Part shown: one piece after another, positions 13,201 through 24,088 of the stretch
Numbering within the stretch: the first letter of the stretch is position 1
Layout: each line of letters starts with the position of its first letter
NCBI GenBank assembly: GCA_043228905.1
Contig: JBHGNT010000004.1
Location: forward strand, 23,002,001 to 23,066,000
Direction of reading: 5' to 3'
Origin: Azolla caroliniana
Taxonomy: Eukaryota > Plantae > Polypodiophyta
Length of the DNA stretch: 64,000 bases
The notes under the pieces: generated by a model
What the model saw: the letters and a program-made list of their open reading frames with translations, nothing else
What the model was told of the DNA's origin: nothing
The model's database searches: none
Program-made: the position numbers and the translations under genes

Positions 13201-13875
13201 CACCATCGGCTCCACTATCTTTGGATCAATGCATCCGATCTCCCTCGATGTGAACGCGAATGCTTTGCCGTGTTGCTCCAACATCTCTCGAAACCGTTTT
13301 TCTTCTTCTTGTAAGAGGAACCCACCTCCACCGATCCGAAGTTTCTTCCGGGTCTCATCTGTGAAGGCATGTCCGATATCCACGGACTTCCGAAGTGTCG
13401 GATCTCCCGAGACTTCTTTCTTCTTTTGTTCGCTATCGGCGGGTAGTGGTCCCGCGGCCGGTTTCACCTTCTTCTCCACGGTCTTGTATTTCGTACTTAC
13501 CATTGCTTCTTCTTTGCGGAGCGCATCCGGCCCCATTTTCGCAACGATCTCGTACATCTCGACCGATTCCACCGGGACTACCCGGTTCCCTTGGCTTTTA
13601 TCTTCCGCAAGCTCTTCAAGCCGTTGTAGTGTATTCCCATAGAACACTTCCTCGATCACTCCCACGATTTCTTCGTCTTCTTTTATTATTGATGCCGACC
13701 GTAACTTATCCTCCACTTGTCGGTATTGTTTCTTCATTCCTCCGGTTACGGCCGTGTACGTAGATGCCCCATCCGGGCCGATTCGTACTTGTTTTGCTCC
13801 GAGACTTTTCTTCCTGTGTGGGGTATCAGGGCTTCTCGGACTATCACTTCCCCACTCCGCAACAGTCCGCTTTAA
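10270..13875 (-). CDS. Gypsy-1 pol (RT, RNaseH, integrase), uninterrupted; probably entered by -1 frameshift at ~13875
   Basis: 1155-aa ORF from 13737 with FLDD RT motif, H-H-C-C zinc finger, DDE core, WFGPY; frame stays open upstream to 13875. Confidence 0.93.
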   Translation of the reverse strand, partial: LKRTVAEWGSDSPRSPDTPHRKKSLGAKQVRIGPDGASTYTAVTGGMKKQYRQVEDKLRSASIIKEDEEIVGVIEEVFYGNTLQRLEELAEDKSQGNRVVPVESVEMYEIVAKMGPDALRKEEAMVSTKYKTVEKKVKPAAGPLPADSEQKKKEVSGDPTLRKSVDIGHAFTDETRKKLRIGGGGFLLQEEEKRFREMLEQHGKAFAFTSREIGCIDPKIVEPMVIFTIDHVPWNLKPIPVPRAHIPKVIDLLKEKVAMGILEPSSAPYSNRWFTVPKKNGSLRFIQDLQPVNKVTIRNSGVGPIVDEFAEAFAGRAIYSIGDLYSGYDQFQLAVESRDITTMRTPIGLVRMCTLPQGATNSVAHMMNAMNKVLRDCIPEITMPFLDDIPMKGCAVEEKDETMDDRGCRKFVVDHIHDCEKVLRKLEDVHLTLSGEKSAFGQEEILVVGHLCGPYGRRPSPTKIDAIQAMKEVCESTSEVRRFLGACAFYHIWIPHYAHIADPLYHLLRKGKKFEWKPEHTKAMRKLKKTLWRAESLKKPSYERPIIVTVDTSPTGIGWVINQADSDGSRYPIRFGAKVLNERQRGYAQVKRELWGVVSAIKSDRDYLIGAEVVIETDCLPILGMMRCCTIPDVAMLRWIAYVKSLNPEVRHISGKDNAVADMLSRARFEDDITESDNEEVFEDYFTSEHICRVNVIREFREEEYEGETLMIGKMLQEVEDSTNDKERRAEIRRKKRQVQKFFLENGLIWRTPKRPDGIPLRVVGTKEQRNRIMSEFHESDWAGHRGTWATFVKIKQRYWWKNMYKDVAEFTESCEKCQVYSGVRHRDELHPTFSPTINFKWMVDIVAMPTGIGQKKYLVLAREDLTNQVEGRALRRKTCAAVCQFLLEEVFCRYGCVGQVIADRGELDSDKARGFFAKHGVRLTLTTAYNPEANGKIERGHSPIVKALAKACDGRVKDWPQMLPYALWADRTTHSSVTGYMPAELMTGQAPVMPTETAIATWTILPWKEEMSREELLAVRIRQLEGRPKDVAEASRRQQEARFRNKSRFDTKHRLRPRRIEEGDWVIVYDSSLDHQHTTMRKFAKRWFGPYEVRKVFDNGTYRLSELDGTILRVPIAGKQVKIFKKRTDDKPYVIQVEADNEEQSDEDHNDAGSEESGLQLIVDIRGESEEASDEDGYEESRTSAHTGGCAGLEGASVVV

Positions 13876-15998
13876 AAATCCATTCTCACTTGGGGCAAGA
13901 GTTCCCTCTTGTTCCTTTCGTGATTTGCCGGCACCGTTAGGAATTGGACGGATTTCCCTCCGTTTTGGCTCCGAATTCGCGCAAAAGCCGCACCACTATC
14001 GAACACCTTCGTCTCCATCCGTGAAGCCGTGATAAAGGGTTGGCCGAGGATGACAGAATGTGAAACCTCATCCTGCACAAAGAAATTTTGGTCAATTTCG
14101 ACATCCCCGATCTTTACCGTCACATCCGGACAAGCCGCAAATAGGTCTTCTGTCGTTTTCGTGGCTGCCCGAATCTTCCATCCATGGTTGGTGTTTATAG
14201 GCCACTTCCCCTTTTGGTAGAACTCCTTGGACATCAAGTTGATCTCCGATCCGTGATCAATCAATGCTAGCACGGGTTCTTTGATGTTGCCGATTCGGAC
14301 CGGAGTCTCCGTAGTCGCACGGGCCCAGTGTGGCCTTGTATAGTGGGAGTTCGGAATTTCGCCTTCCACTTCGGTGTCGTTCGTTGAAACGGTATTTGCA
14401 TTCACCCTTGGAGCATTTTCCTCCGTACTTTGTCTCTTCCTTTTCACGAGATCCACGAGAAGATCGTGAAACTCCTTCTTCGCTATTCCGAGTAGTTCCC
14501 GCAACGAAAAATCTACCCGGCTATCCAAGATTCTTTCCTCGAACACTCTTTTCAAGTCGGTTTGTTGTTCTATGTCCGAGGCGAGCTTGAATGCCGGAGT
14601 CGCCTTTTCTTTTCCCTTACCTCCGGAGTTCCAGCTTTCCGGTATCTTCGATGGTCCGGCCGCATCCTCCGTGCGCCGTCGTTTCTCCTCCACATACACC
14701 TCATGTAATTGACACAGGGCGTATATGCTATTCTTGTCGACAGGGCACTCTCATCCCGTAGCTTCCCGGACGCCTTCCGCGGTGTTTCGGATATCGTTGG
14801 AGTCGGTTTTCTCGGTGTTTCCTAGCACCTCCGGCCAGAAAGACGCCTTCGCTCCCGATGACTCCCCGACACATATTCCCGCGGTTGTCGCATAGTTGCT
14901 TCTTGCCGCTAACTCCTCCTCGAGCACCATCTTCATGCCGCCTTTCCGGAAGTTCGGTCGGAGTGGCTTCCGAGAGTCCATCGAATGAATCCGGTTTCCC
15001 TCGTAGTAGATGAGATCCCGTCGTAGCGCCTCCTTATGGTCGTCGCAATCCCTCCGATCGTGTTCGGCGCTATCGCACCATATGCACCGTCGATCCGTAT
15101 ATTTGGAGCTTGTGGGGCGGTCATCCGACTTCTTCACCATCGCGATCTTTAGATTCTCCATCTCCTTCAGCAGCTGCTCCACCGTAGACGCGTCGACTCC
15201 CTTCTCGGCCGTAATCTCCCGAGCCCTCGGTTGATGGTCTTCCAGTCCCGTTCTCGGTTTTGGAATCGGTTCCGAAACCCTCTTTTCTTCGTTGGCAAGC
15301 CATTGCCCCCTCTTCATGTACCGCGCGATGATATCCCGCACGCTTTCCCATGTTTCAGTGAGGCCGCTTTCGGTGGTCGTGTCCTCAAGAAGCACTCCGA
15401 GATCTTTCCGGTCCCGGACGTCCACAGCTCGCAAAAACATGATGACTTTGTCCGGTGCAAGAATAGTTTGATCTCTCGCGGACAACCTCCCGAACCGACT
15501 TTCGAATGTCGAAAACACTTCGAGGACCTTCAGCCCCTTACCTGACGTTTCCACCCAATCCTCGAATCCCCTCCGCGTTGCCTTGGAGGAATCCTCGATG
15601 GCAAACGTGGTCTTTAACGCCTCTTCGAATGCTTCCCACGTCGGATTTTGTTGTTGCAACCCGTGGATACTCCCTTGAAGCCCGTCGGTCGCCACCCGGT
15701 TAAAGGATGTCACTTGCAGTCCTTCCGAAGCCCGGCACCGGAGCATCTCCGCCTTGTAGTCCTGCAAATATCGCGACACATCCTTACCATTAAATTGCCC
15801 GTTGCGTTGCACGAGCCGCTCTACTGATGCCGAAATCTCCGACATCGTGCGTTGTTCTTGAAGCATCCGTTCGAACATCGCCATCATATTGTTAGCTTGT
15901 TGAGCCTCCATCTCCTTGCCACCCGTTTTCACGTCGGGTTCACCAACTGTGTCGTGCCTTTCGGCTCCGGATCGTTGCGTGAGTCGGGTGGGAACCAC
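13872..15998 (-). pseudogene. Gypsy-1 gag-protease ORF with one in-frame TGA (14751-14753)
   Basis: ORFs 14751..15998 and 13872..14699 are in frame; knuckle CIWCDSAEHDRRDC; protease ALIDHGSEINLM; paralog near 45860 has Trp at the stop position. Confidence 0.9.
15929..15945 (-). promoter_or_regulatory. PBS complementary to the 3' end of tRNA-Trp
   Basis: TGGTGAACCCGACGTGA, reverse complement of TCACGTCGGGTTCACCA (recalled plant cytosolic tRNA-Trp 3' end), 4 nt from LTR. Confidence 0.85.
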
Positions 15999-16779
15999 AG
16001 AGGTCTTGGACTAGGAGAAAGAAGTTCGTGAGATAAAGATTAATTATGAATAAATAGCGAAGAGAAAGATAAGAAACTCGTGAATCACACGAGTATACTA
16101 TATTAATTGGTACTTAGGGTGTTAAGAGAGAAGTAGATGTATAAATCGTGAATCCCACGAATAATTTTTGTATTGATTAATACTTAATCCAAATAATCAA
16201 CAACCCTTTACATATTTCTCTCCTCCTTATATAAGGAAAGAAGAGCTAAGCATGGCTTCATGCTTTTTTTTTTACAAAAAGTGTTCATGTCCACTAAATG
16301 TGCATGTGATGCTTTTTTATTTCCTAAGTATAGGGCTCATGCACGCTAGATGTGCATGAGTTATTTTTAGTGTCTCGTGTTTTTCTTTTTCATATATTAA
16401 AAAATACACAATTTACCTTTTAATAAAGGTATGCATAAATAAAGGTCTTATACGTATTAAATCTATATTTAAAACACTTAAGATAAGTTAATGTAATGGT
16501 AAGGTTGGGGTTTGTCAACGTGGAGGTGCAGAGTTCGAATCACGCCTTGCGCAGTAGTGAGTATTTACTTTCCTTTTACATTTATGTCTCTTTATCCGGC
16601 TCTTCCTTGCCGGTATGCCGTTTTCCTCCTTGCCGGTATGCCGTTTTTCCTCCTTGCCGGTATGCCGTTTTCCTCCTTGCCGGTATGCCGTTTTCTTCCG
16701 GTTCTCACCGAGCACTCCATTCTCTATCCGGAGGGACAAAAATATAATTTCCACATAGTGTGCAACCTACACTACGACA
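15950..16779 (-). repeat. 5' LTR of Gypsy-1
   Basis: 830-bp repeat of 9454-10282. Confidence 0.96.
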
Positions 16780-17506
16780 ACGTATACTTCGGTATGTCAA
16801 CGACACTAAGGACCGGGGACTGCTATATCGGACCGGTGCAGCCGCGCAGTTAGTCGGCTACACCGATGCTGATTGGGCTGGCAACGCCGCCAATCGCCGA
16901 TCCACGTCCGGATACGCGTTCTCCGTCGGGAGTGTCGCGATCGTGTGGAGTAGTAAGAAGCAGCCGACAGTTGCACTGTCGAGCACCGAAGCTGAGTACC
17001 GAGGAGCGGCTGTCGCGACATGCGAAGCCATATGGTTGAAGCGGCTACTTAAGGACCTGCAAGAGGAGGTGTCAGATCCGACGACGATCTACTACGACAA
17101 CCCCAGCAACATCCAGCTCGCGAAAAACCCCGTTTTCCACGCACGGACCAAGCACATTGAGGTGCACTACCATTTCGTTCGTGAGCGTGTCCTTTCCGGT
17201 GAAGTGGAACTTCAGTACGTTCGGACAGATCGGCAGACTGCCGACATCTTCACTAAGCCCCTTGGTCTAGACAAGTTGCGGCAATTCTCCGGTGTGCTCG
17301 GATTGCGTCACCTCGACGTGCCAAACTTGAGGGGAAGAACAGTCCCAAACGACCAAGCAAAGCAGCATGAAAGGAGTGGAGGCCGCGACACCGAGTCGTT
17401 TGACTCGGCTGTTGACTCGGTTGTCGAGTTCGACTTCGGATCGGCTGAAGAAGCTGAGGACGGACCCGCGAAAAAGTCCGGAAGCGGACAGAAGGGGAGC
17501 AGCTGA
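16780..17506 (+). pseudogene. Copia-2 RT end and RNaseH with C-terminal extension
   Basis: [40 protein letters not shown]. Confidence 0.93.
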
Positions 17507-17877
17507 AGGAGAGAGCCGAAGCCAACACGCATGGGGGAGATGACGCCATCGAGGGCGAGAAGACCGAAGACGAGTTGGAGACAGCCAACTCGGACGAGAG
17601 CGAAAACCGATCGGAGGTAGCCGAGTCGGTTCGGATGTTTGATTCAGACACGTTGAATCAACCGAGGCCCAAGCGGAAGAAAAGGCAGCAGAAGAAGTGT
17701 CGACACCGCAACAACAGAAGAGTTGATAAGGGCCACATAAGAAGACAAGCCGACCGGAAGGGTCGAAGTGCGCGGAGTCGAACAGGTCGAGGAGCGCGAG
17801 GGAGACGTGAAGCCAGGAGGAACCGGAGCTGTGAGCCCGAGGATCCCGAAGAGCCTCGAGTTGAGCTTGAGGGGGAG

Positions 17878-18271
17878 TGTTGAGAGACAAGCTCAACATC
17901 GGCCAGATCGGCTGAAGAAGCCGAGGACCGGATGGGACCGATTGGTTAGGCCGAGTGCGTAAACCGGGAGGCCGTTAGGAAAGATATTCCGTGAGGAATA
18001 TATTTGGGAGTTAGTGTAGGAGCTCTTAATGAGCATTGAAGTACTGTCAGTACTTCTGTCGGTCCTTCTAGGACTTGTATAAAAGTGTTCATGGAACACA
18101 CATATGTATAGAGTGTGGTGAATAGAGATTTTAATATAGTTCTTGTGTTTTCTCTCTCTCACTCTCTCTGTCTCTCCCGTGTATACTGCGTAAGCTCACG
18201 CTCTCCATTAAACCTGAGTGTTCTTCCTTTTGTTCTGTCTTCATACTTGCTTCCGCACGCTACTTTCTACA
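17878..18271 (+). repeat. 3' LTR of Copia-2
   Basis: Repeat of 5234-5632 following PPT. Confidence 0.95.
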
Positions 18272-18276
18272 ATAAT

Positions 18277-18886
18277 GCATGCTAAAAAATTCACCAATGG
18301 CCTTTCCAAGGGAAGCGGGTGTTTCCATACTCTCCTCTTTAATCCCAAGGATAACAATGTTCTTTGATCTTTGTTCACGCTCTTTCAATTCTCGGGATTT
18401 CAATGTGATGCTTTCTATATTCTTCTCTTGATGCATCACATGCATATTAGATGAGTTTGATACTCTATCCCCACCACATACATCGGCCCATGTTTTCATT
18501 GTACATACATTTTTTATCTCACTTACATCCCACCTCATCGTATCTATTTTTTCTTCTTTTAATGTTTCCTTTAACTCAATCTTATTAAGGCGCTCATTTG
18601 TTTCGAAAGAAGCTCTTTTACATTCTTGAATCTCTTCTTCAAGTTTTGCAACCACTTTCTTAAGAATTTCATTCTCAATGGCAATAGTTTGGAGCTTAGC
18701 ATTGTCTTTCATTAACATCCTAATCTCTTCACCTTGCTTGTTTATGGTTTCTTGAAGAGAAATCAAGTGACTCATAAGCATTTTGTCCATTGTGTTTATT
18801 GCATTGGAATCAAAATTTGTTGGTGATTCCGGTTCATTATCAATCATACTCCCGAACTTTGAGGCGGCCTTACGAGTGTGTATCAT
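18277..18886 (-). pseudogene. LINE ORF1 N-terminal part (coiled coil)
   Basis: Coiled coil, TWADV, EREQRSKNIVILGIKE typical of LINE ORF1. Confidence 0.85.
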
Positions 18887-19130
18887 TGTAGGACCAAAAC
18901 CTACGAGAAGAGAGAGAGAGGGAGAGAGAAAATGTACTTTTCACTTGATTTAGGGCTTCAAAATCTACCTTGCGTTTGAGGAGCCGTGGAGCAAAGATGG
19001 ATGCGGACGAAAATGCTCATAACTTCTTGCCACGGTAACGGAATTCAGTAAATGAACATTCCTTAGAAAGATCTCTCAAAGAGCTTTCCAATGAGCTATA
19101 GAATGTAAACAAAGATGGCTAGAGTGAAAC

Positions 19131-19134
19131 GAGA

Positions 19135-19165
<31 letters not shown>

Positions 19166-19542
19166 CTTAAACAAGAAGTTGTATATAGGTGAAAAAATTG
19201 AATACATCCAATAGTGACTAAGTTACAAAAGGTGGGTTTAAATACGGTCAACTAGTGTAGGGAAACTGCCCTTTCTACTGTTTACAAAACTAACCTAGTA
19301 TGTCCTCTAGCTAGTGTGCAACCATTTCATTCTCAACATGCCCCTTCGAACACAACTTCTTGGTGCCGAAAAGTTGGTTCGGTTTGATCATCGATTTAGT
19401 TGAATCGGCTTTCGGAAGGTCAGTCGACACAACTTGATTATCATCGTATTTTGATTCCTCTAGTTTTGATCGACTAATCAGTGGTTGTTCGGCATCGACG
19501 ACTACTACTGTTTTTCGGTGCTCCCCCTCAAGCGCAACGGGT
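19131..19542 (-). repeat. Copia-3 3' LTR segment (19131-19338) plus PPT and 3' UTR; 19249-19542 duplicates 32335-32632
   Basis: Aligns with 5' LTR 37234-37464 and with 32335-32632 (about 6 substitutions and a 4-bp indel). Confidence 0.9.
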
Positions 19543-20411
19543 ATTGTTTGTCAACAGAGTCACCATATTCGATTGAAGAATATTGTCTGTCGACCGACTC
19601 ACCATATTCTATCGAAGAATATTGTCTGAGCTCATCTACAGGGAATGTAAATAATGACACATGTGAAGAGTTCTCTATTGAAGAATACGATATTAATAAA
19701 GATACCGAGAATGAAGGAAGTGCCCAGGAAACATTGAATAACATTGGCGATGGTCACAACAGAGAATTAGACTGTAACAAGGTTACACCAACCTCTATGC
19801 AGGAAGAGAAATCTGGGAGCCCTATGCATATTAGAAGAATCCCACGAAGAATTCGTCTGGCTAGATTTAGCTTGGTGACATCAAATAAACAGATTGGATT
19901 TGATGTCAACAAAATATGTTGTGCCCGTGGTTGTATGTCTATGATTGGAAAATCAAAGTTGCGAGAATTAAGGCGATACTATTTTTCGATGACCGGTGAT
20001 GAGCAAGACACTTACCTCGGGTCACATATGCAACTAGTATCTGACAAATGTACGGGGATCAAAGTATCATTCGAGTATTATATCTTCCATGCGCAACAGA
20101 TATGTAGAGTTGCATTCAAAATTGCGTTATGTGTTAGTAACATGCGGCTACATAGAGTACAACAACGTCTACTTAGTGGGGATCAGATGCTCAATTGTAA
20201 AGAGGTTCCAAGTATGAAAGGTGCAATTGGAAGACTAGCTATTGGCTGGATGAAAACTTACTTTCAGTTAAATTGTGAAGTAATGCCCACTACAGGTAGG
20301 ATGCATCTTTCTGATAATTATACACGTCGGGAAGTTTATGATGTCTATCGATCTGATATGCTGGGCTCACGTAATAAGTCTATCACCTATAGCCAATTCA
20401 CAAGATTATGG
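19542..20411 (+). pseudogene. Sola1-like transposase, N-terminal part
   Basis: YCLSTxSPYSIEE repeats, CCARGC, QICRVAF, CEVMP, ends YSQFTRLW at the TSD. Confidence 0.85.
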
Positions 20412-20437
20412 GGGTCGAAGCACGCTACGGTGTACCA
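20412..20437 (+). repeat. Left TIR
   Basis: Reverse complement of 30105-30130. Confidence 0.95.
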
Positions 20438-20956
20438 GAAAAGTACTGTTTTTGGCCACAAAAATTGTCAGTACTTTCAATACTGTTAGTACTGAATAAT
20501 TCAGAAAAAAAATTAGAGAAAAAGAAAATCGATTTTGGAGAGTGGGGTGACTGTAGTACAAGTGTCATTTACTGTAGAAGGAGTGGGGGGAACACGTGAG
20601 GAGATGTTCTTCCATTTTGGGGGCTATTTTCCCCTCACGTCGATTTTGGCGCTTCCCCTCACGTCGTTTTGGCGATTCCCCTCATACTGTTCTTCCTCTA
20701 TCCCTCTGAGCTTTTCATCACAGACATCCATGTCACGTTTCTGATTTTCCTTCAATCTAAATCTCAGACATCCATGTCTGGTTGGAGAGTTTGAGTTGAG
20801 GATTTCTGATTTTTTTAGGGTTTCTGTTTTTGTTAGGTTTCGGTTGAGGTACAAAGACTGTTCTGAGGGTTTAGGTAGCAGCCAATAGTCACTTCTTCGA
20901 CAACGACTTTCGTACTTCCACCGATTGCAGTTGATGTCGTGGTGATTTGGGGCTTT

Positions 20957-21150
20957 TTCCACCAAATCGAGGCGGCATTGGAGGTTCCTTCCACCAAATC
21001 GAGGCGGCATATCCAACGCTCCCTCCACCATTGGAGGTTCCTTCCACCAAATCGAGGCTGCATATCCACGCTCCCTCCACCATTGGAGGTTCCTTCCACC
21101 AAATCGAGGCGGCATATCCAACGCTCCCTCCACCATTGGAGGTTCCTTCC
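20957..21150. repeat. Tandem array of 52-53-bp units (about 3.5 copies)
   Basis: TTCCACCAAATCGAGGCGGCATATCCAACGCTCCCTCCACCATTGGAGGTTCC. Confidence 0.9.
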
Positions 21151-21752
21151 ATCCATTTTTTTTTTTTCAATACTAAAATGTTTCATTTCTTCATATTTCA
21201 GTACTAAATTTTTAGAATTGACATTTGCCATATTTGATATGTAATTCTAATGTTTGAAACAAAATATTTCTCACTTTGCAGGCCACATTTAAAAACATTT
21301 GATTGTGTTTTCTTGGTTGAGTCTATATATCCACGCTCCCTCCACCATTGGAGGTTCCTTCCATCCATTTTTTTATTTTCAGTACTAAAATGTTTCATTT
21401 CTTCATATTTCAGTACTAAATTTTTAGAATTGACATTTGCCATATTTGATATGTAATTCTAATGTTTGAAACAAAATATTTCTCACTTTACAGGCCACAT
21501 TTAAAAACATTTGATTGTGTTTTCTTGGTTGAGTCTATATATCCACGCTCCCTCCACCATTGGAGGTTCCTTCCATCCATTTTTTTTATTTTCAGTACTA
21601 AAATGTTTCATTTCTTCATATTTCAGTACTAAATTTTTAGAATTGACATTTGTCATATTTGATATGTAATTCTAATGTTTGAAACAAAATATTTCTCACT
21701 TTGCAAGCCACATTTAAAAACATTTGATTGTGTTTTCTTGGTTGAGTCTATA
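21114..21752. repeat. Tandem array of three 212-213-bp units
   Basis: GTAATTCTAATGTTTGAAAC recurs at 21241, 21453, 21666. Confidence 0.92.
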
Positions 21753-21808
21753 TAACATTAACTACTTTCGCAAGACACTTAATTTTTGTGGATAAATCTA
21801 GTGACCGA

Positions 21809-23456
21809 ATGGGGGTTCCTAACGAGAGTGAGTTGTCAAGTAACTCATGCATATCTGAAAGGACTAAGAGACGAGTGGTTCTTCACATAGTCCGTTATTT
21901 GGTAGAAATAACGAAGAGATTTAGTGAAGAGGATTGTAGGGATATTATCTGTAGAGTGTTACACCATCAAAGTTTGAATGAAGACATGGAGAGAATAAAA
22001 TTTAGGGACCAATGTGTTTCAGAAGAGATTGTGGAGTCTATGAAGTCATCCCTAGACTTAGTGAAAGGTGTAGAGAGCTTAGACAAACTTGTTGCAAAGA
22101 GGGCAGCCCTACACATGGTTGTGAACGGTGCGAGAGAAAAAAAATATAGTGATACTAAAGTTGCCTTAGCCCTGGGTATTCAAAGAAGGAACTTGAGGAA
22201 ACATCGCCGAAATATACACTCAAGCAAATTCAAGTGGCTGGGGTCGGGACGTAGATGACGATGTGATGCCTTATCTCAAGAGATTATTGAGAAAGTGGAT
22301 TCATTTTGGGCCAAAAATACGCGTGTCTCACCAAATAAGAAGGACGTGTGTAGACAACGAATAAGTCAGGGTAAGTACCAGATTCACCCTAGACACTTCT
22401 TGGAGATGACAGAGGTATTCCATTTTTTTATATCAATTCACATTCCATAACTTTGTGTTTTGACCAAGTGTATATTAATGTTTGCTATATATATTGGTTG
22501 ATGTAGGCTGAATTGTACATGAACTTTAAAGACCAACATCCAAGCTTGACTATCGGATTCCGCAAGTTCCAAGGTTTGAAACCATTTTATGTTAGAAAAT
22601 TAAATGAGAGGAATACATGTTGTTGTGTGTACCATGTGAAGATGAACATGTTAAGGCTAGCAGTGAATGCAATGCGTACTGATTCTAAGGGTATACATGG
22701 GGAATTATGTGTCTGCACTTGTGAGATTTGTAGACCAAATGGGGAGGATAGTAGGTGTAATGCACGAAACATGACTTATGCATCCGTTTCTGAGCTATGG
22801 AGGTCTTGTGTTTGTGAAAAAGAACCATCATGTGAGTGGCATCGTCGTACATGTCTATTAAGAACATGTAAGGTTTGTCCGCTACCATTATTTTGTAGGC
22901 AGGAGCTTGATATGGGAAATAGTCATATCGTGAAATGGAAATATTTGGAGTATGTGACTGAAAATATTGGCAAGGGAGTTGTAACTAAGCGTATCAAGGA
23001 AGTATATAAGGAGACATGTGATGCTACCCTTGTCTCAGAATTTAAGAAACAACTTGGGGAGTTTATTCCACATAACTTCAGGAGTTATTGGCAAAATTCA
23101 CAGTTCAAGGAATGTATTAATAACTTACCAACGGGTGTCATTGTATCCGTTATTGATTTTGCAGAAAACTATACATTTAAAGTTCAAAATGAGGTTCAAT
23201 CAATGCATTGGTACAATGATCAATGTACAATACTTGTACATATTTGCTATTGGAGGCAAGACGGTGAGTTACATAAGAAATCAATATTTTACATTTCAGA
23301 TGATAAAAAGCATGATACACTATTTGTTCAACATTGTTTTAAGCTTCACCATGCAGATTTATTTTCTCTAGGGTTAACCTTTAACCGTCATTGGGTTTGG
23401 TCGGATGGTGCTGCCTCGCAGTTTAAGGCGGCACGATCGTTCTACTTTATCGCCAG
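21809..23456 (+). pseudogene. Sola2-type transposase, intron-containing (exons ~21809-22414, 22507-23456), one nonsense codon, 3' exon not found
   Basis: SPNKKD, ELYxxFKxxHP..IG..KF..LKP, CCCVYH, VIDFAENY..QNEVQSMHW, FYISDDKKHD, WSDGAASQFK; GT-AG intron 22415-22506; TGA 22256-22258; donor at 23457 with no HGK..DG exon seen downstream. Confidence 0.85.
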
Positions 23457-24088
23457 GTAATTTTTAATCCATATGTTTAGTACTTATCATGCAATGTGTA
23501 AGGAAGTAAATCTTGTGTTAGTGGATGCATACTAATTATGTTTGTAACTATTAACAAACAGTACTAGTCACATCGATGCATACTAATTATGTTTCTAACT
23601 ATTCGAATCTTGCACTTGTGAATGGATGCATGCATACTAATTTTGTTTGTATTATGTTGTACTAAGTAACTTTTAATCCATGTGAAGTGTTCTTCAATAA
23701 CACCCGATACCCGATATTTTCTGTTTCTCATCATCAACACCTAAAAACCTAAATTTTCCTAGCAAGCTAAGAAGACTTTTTCAAGCATTTTATCTACAAT
23801 AGATTGAAAGACTTTGCGAGGATTAGGAGATGATCTCAAAAAAGAAACAAAACGTTGTAAAATAAGAATACTTAGATCAAAAAGTATATTCCCATTGTTT
23901 TTTATATATGTTGATGAGCAAAATATAGAAGCAATCCTTAAACATGAACTTGATTTCACACTTGTATAACTATTTCAGATTCATGAACTGGATTTTTTAC
24001 ATTGGCAATTGAAATAGTATTTTGGTATCCAAATAGTTCAATTTCAGACATCACTAACAACTAAAGTTCAAGTACAATCGAAAGACAA

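Larger units (their letters stand above)
9454..16779 (-). mobile_element. Ty3/Gypsy LTR retrotransposon (Gypsy-1), full length, very recent
   Basis: LTRs appear to differ only by one T in a homopolymer; TGTCGT...ACGACA termini; TSD ACGT (9450-9453, 16780-16783); RT-RH-INT order; removal restores host frame AQRILRY. Confidence 0.97.
5234..18271 (+). mobile_element. Ty1/Copia LTR retrotransposon (Copia-2), full length, containing nested Gypsy-1
   Basis: Two LTRs, 5-bp TSD ATAAT (5229-5233, 18272-18276), PBS TGGTATCAGAGC, PPT GAGGGGGAG before 17878. Confidence 0.97.
4410..19130 (-). mobile_element. Non-LTR retrotransposon (LINE, APE-type, possibly RTEX-like), 5' portion, interrupted by Copia-2 and cut by Copia-1
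   Basis: 5' region 19130-18887, ORF1 18886-18277 rejoining 5233-4960 across the ATAAT TSD, then APE domain to 4410; 5' end abuts the (GA)n tract 19131-19165. Confidence 0.85.

Noticed and set aside
14751-14753. Programmed read-through between gag and protease
   Set aside because: Paralog near 45860 has TGG (VTGWSDP) at this position, so a nonsense mutation is more likely
20957-21150. Repeat-spacer array or coding ORFs (20624-21136, 20833-21231)
   Set aside because: Plain tandem repeats; ORFs are by-products of 52-53-bp units
23690-24060. Missing last exon of the Sola2-type transposase
   Set aside because: No HGK..DG catalytic motif or long open frame visible
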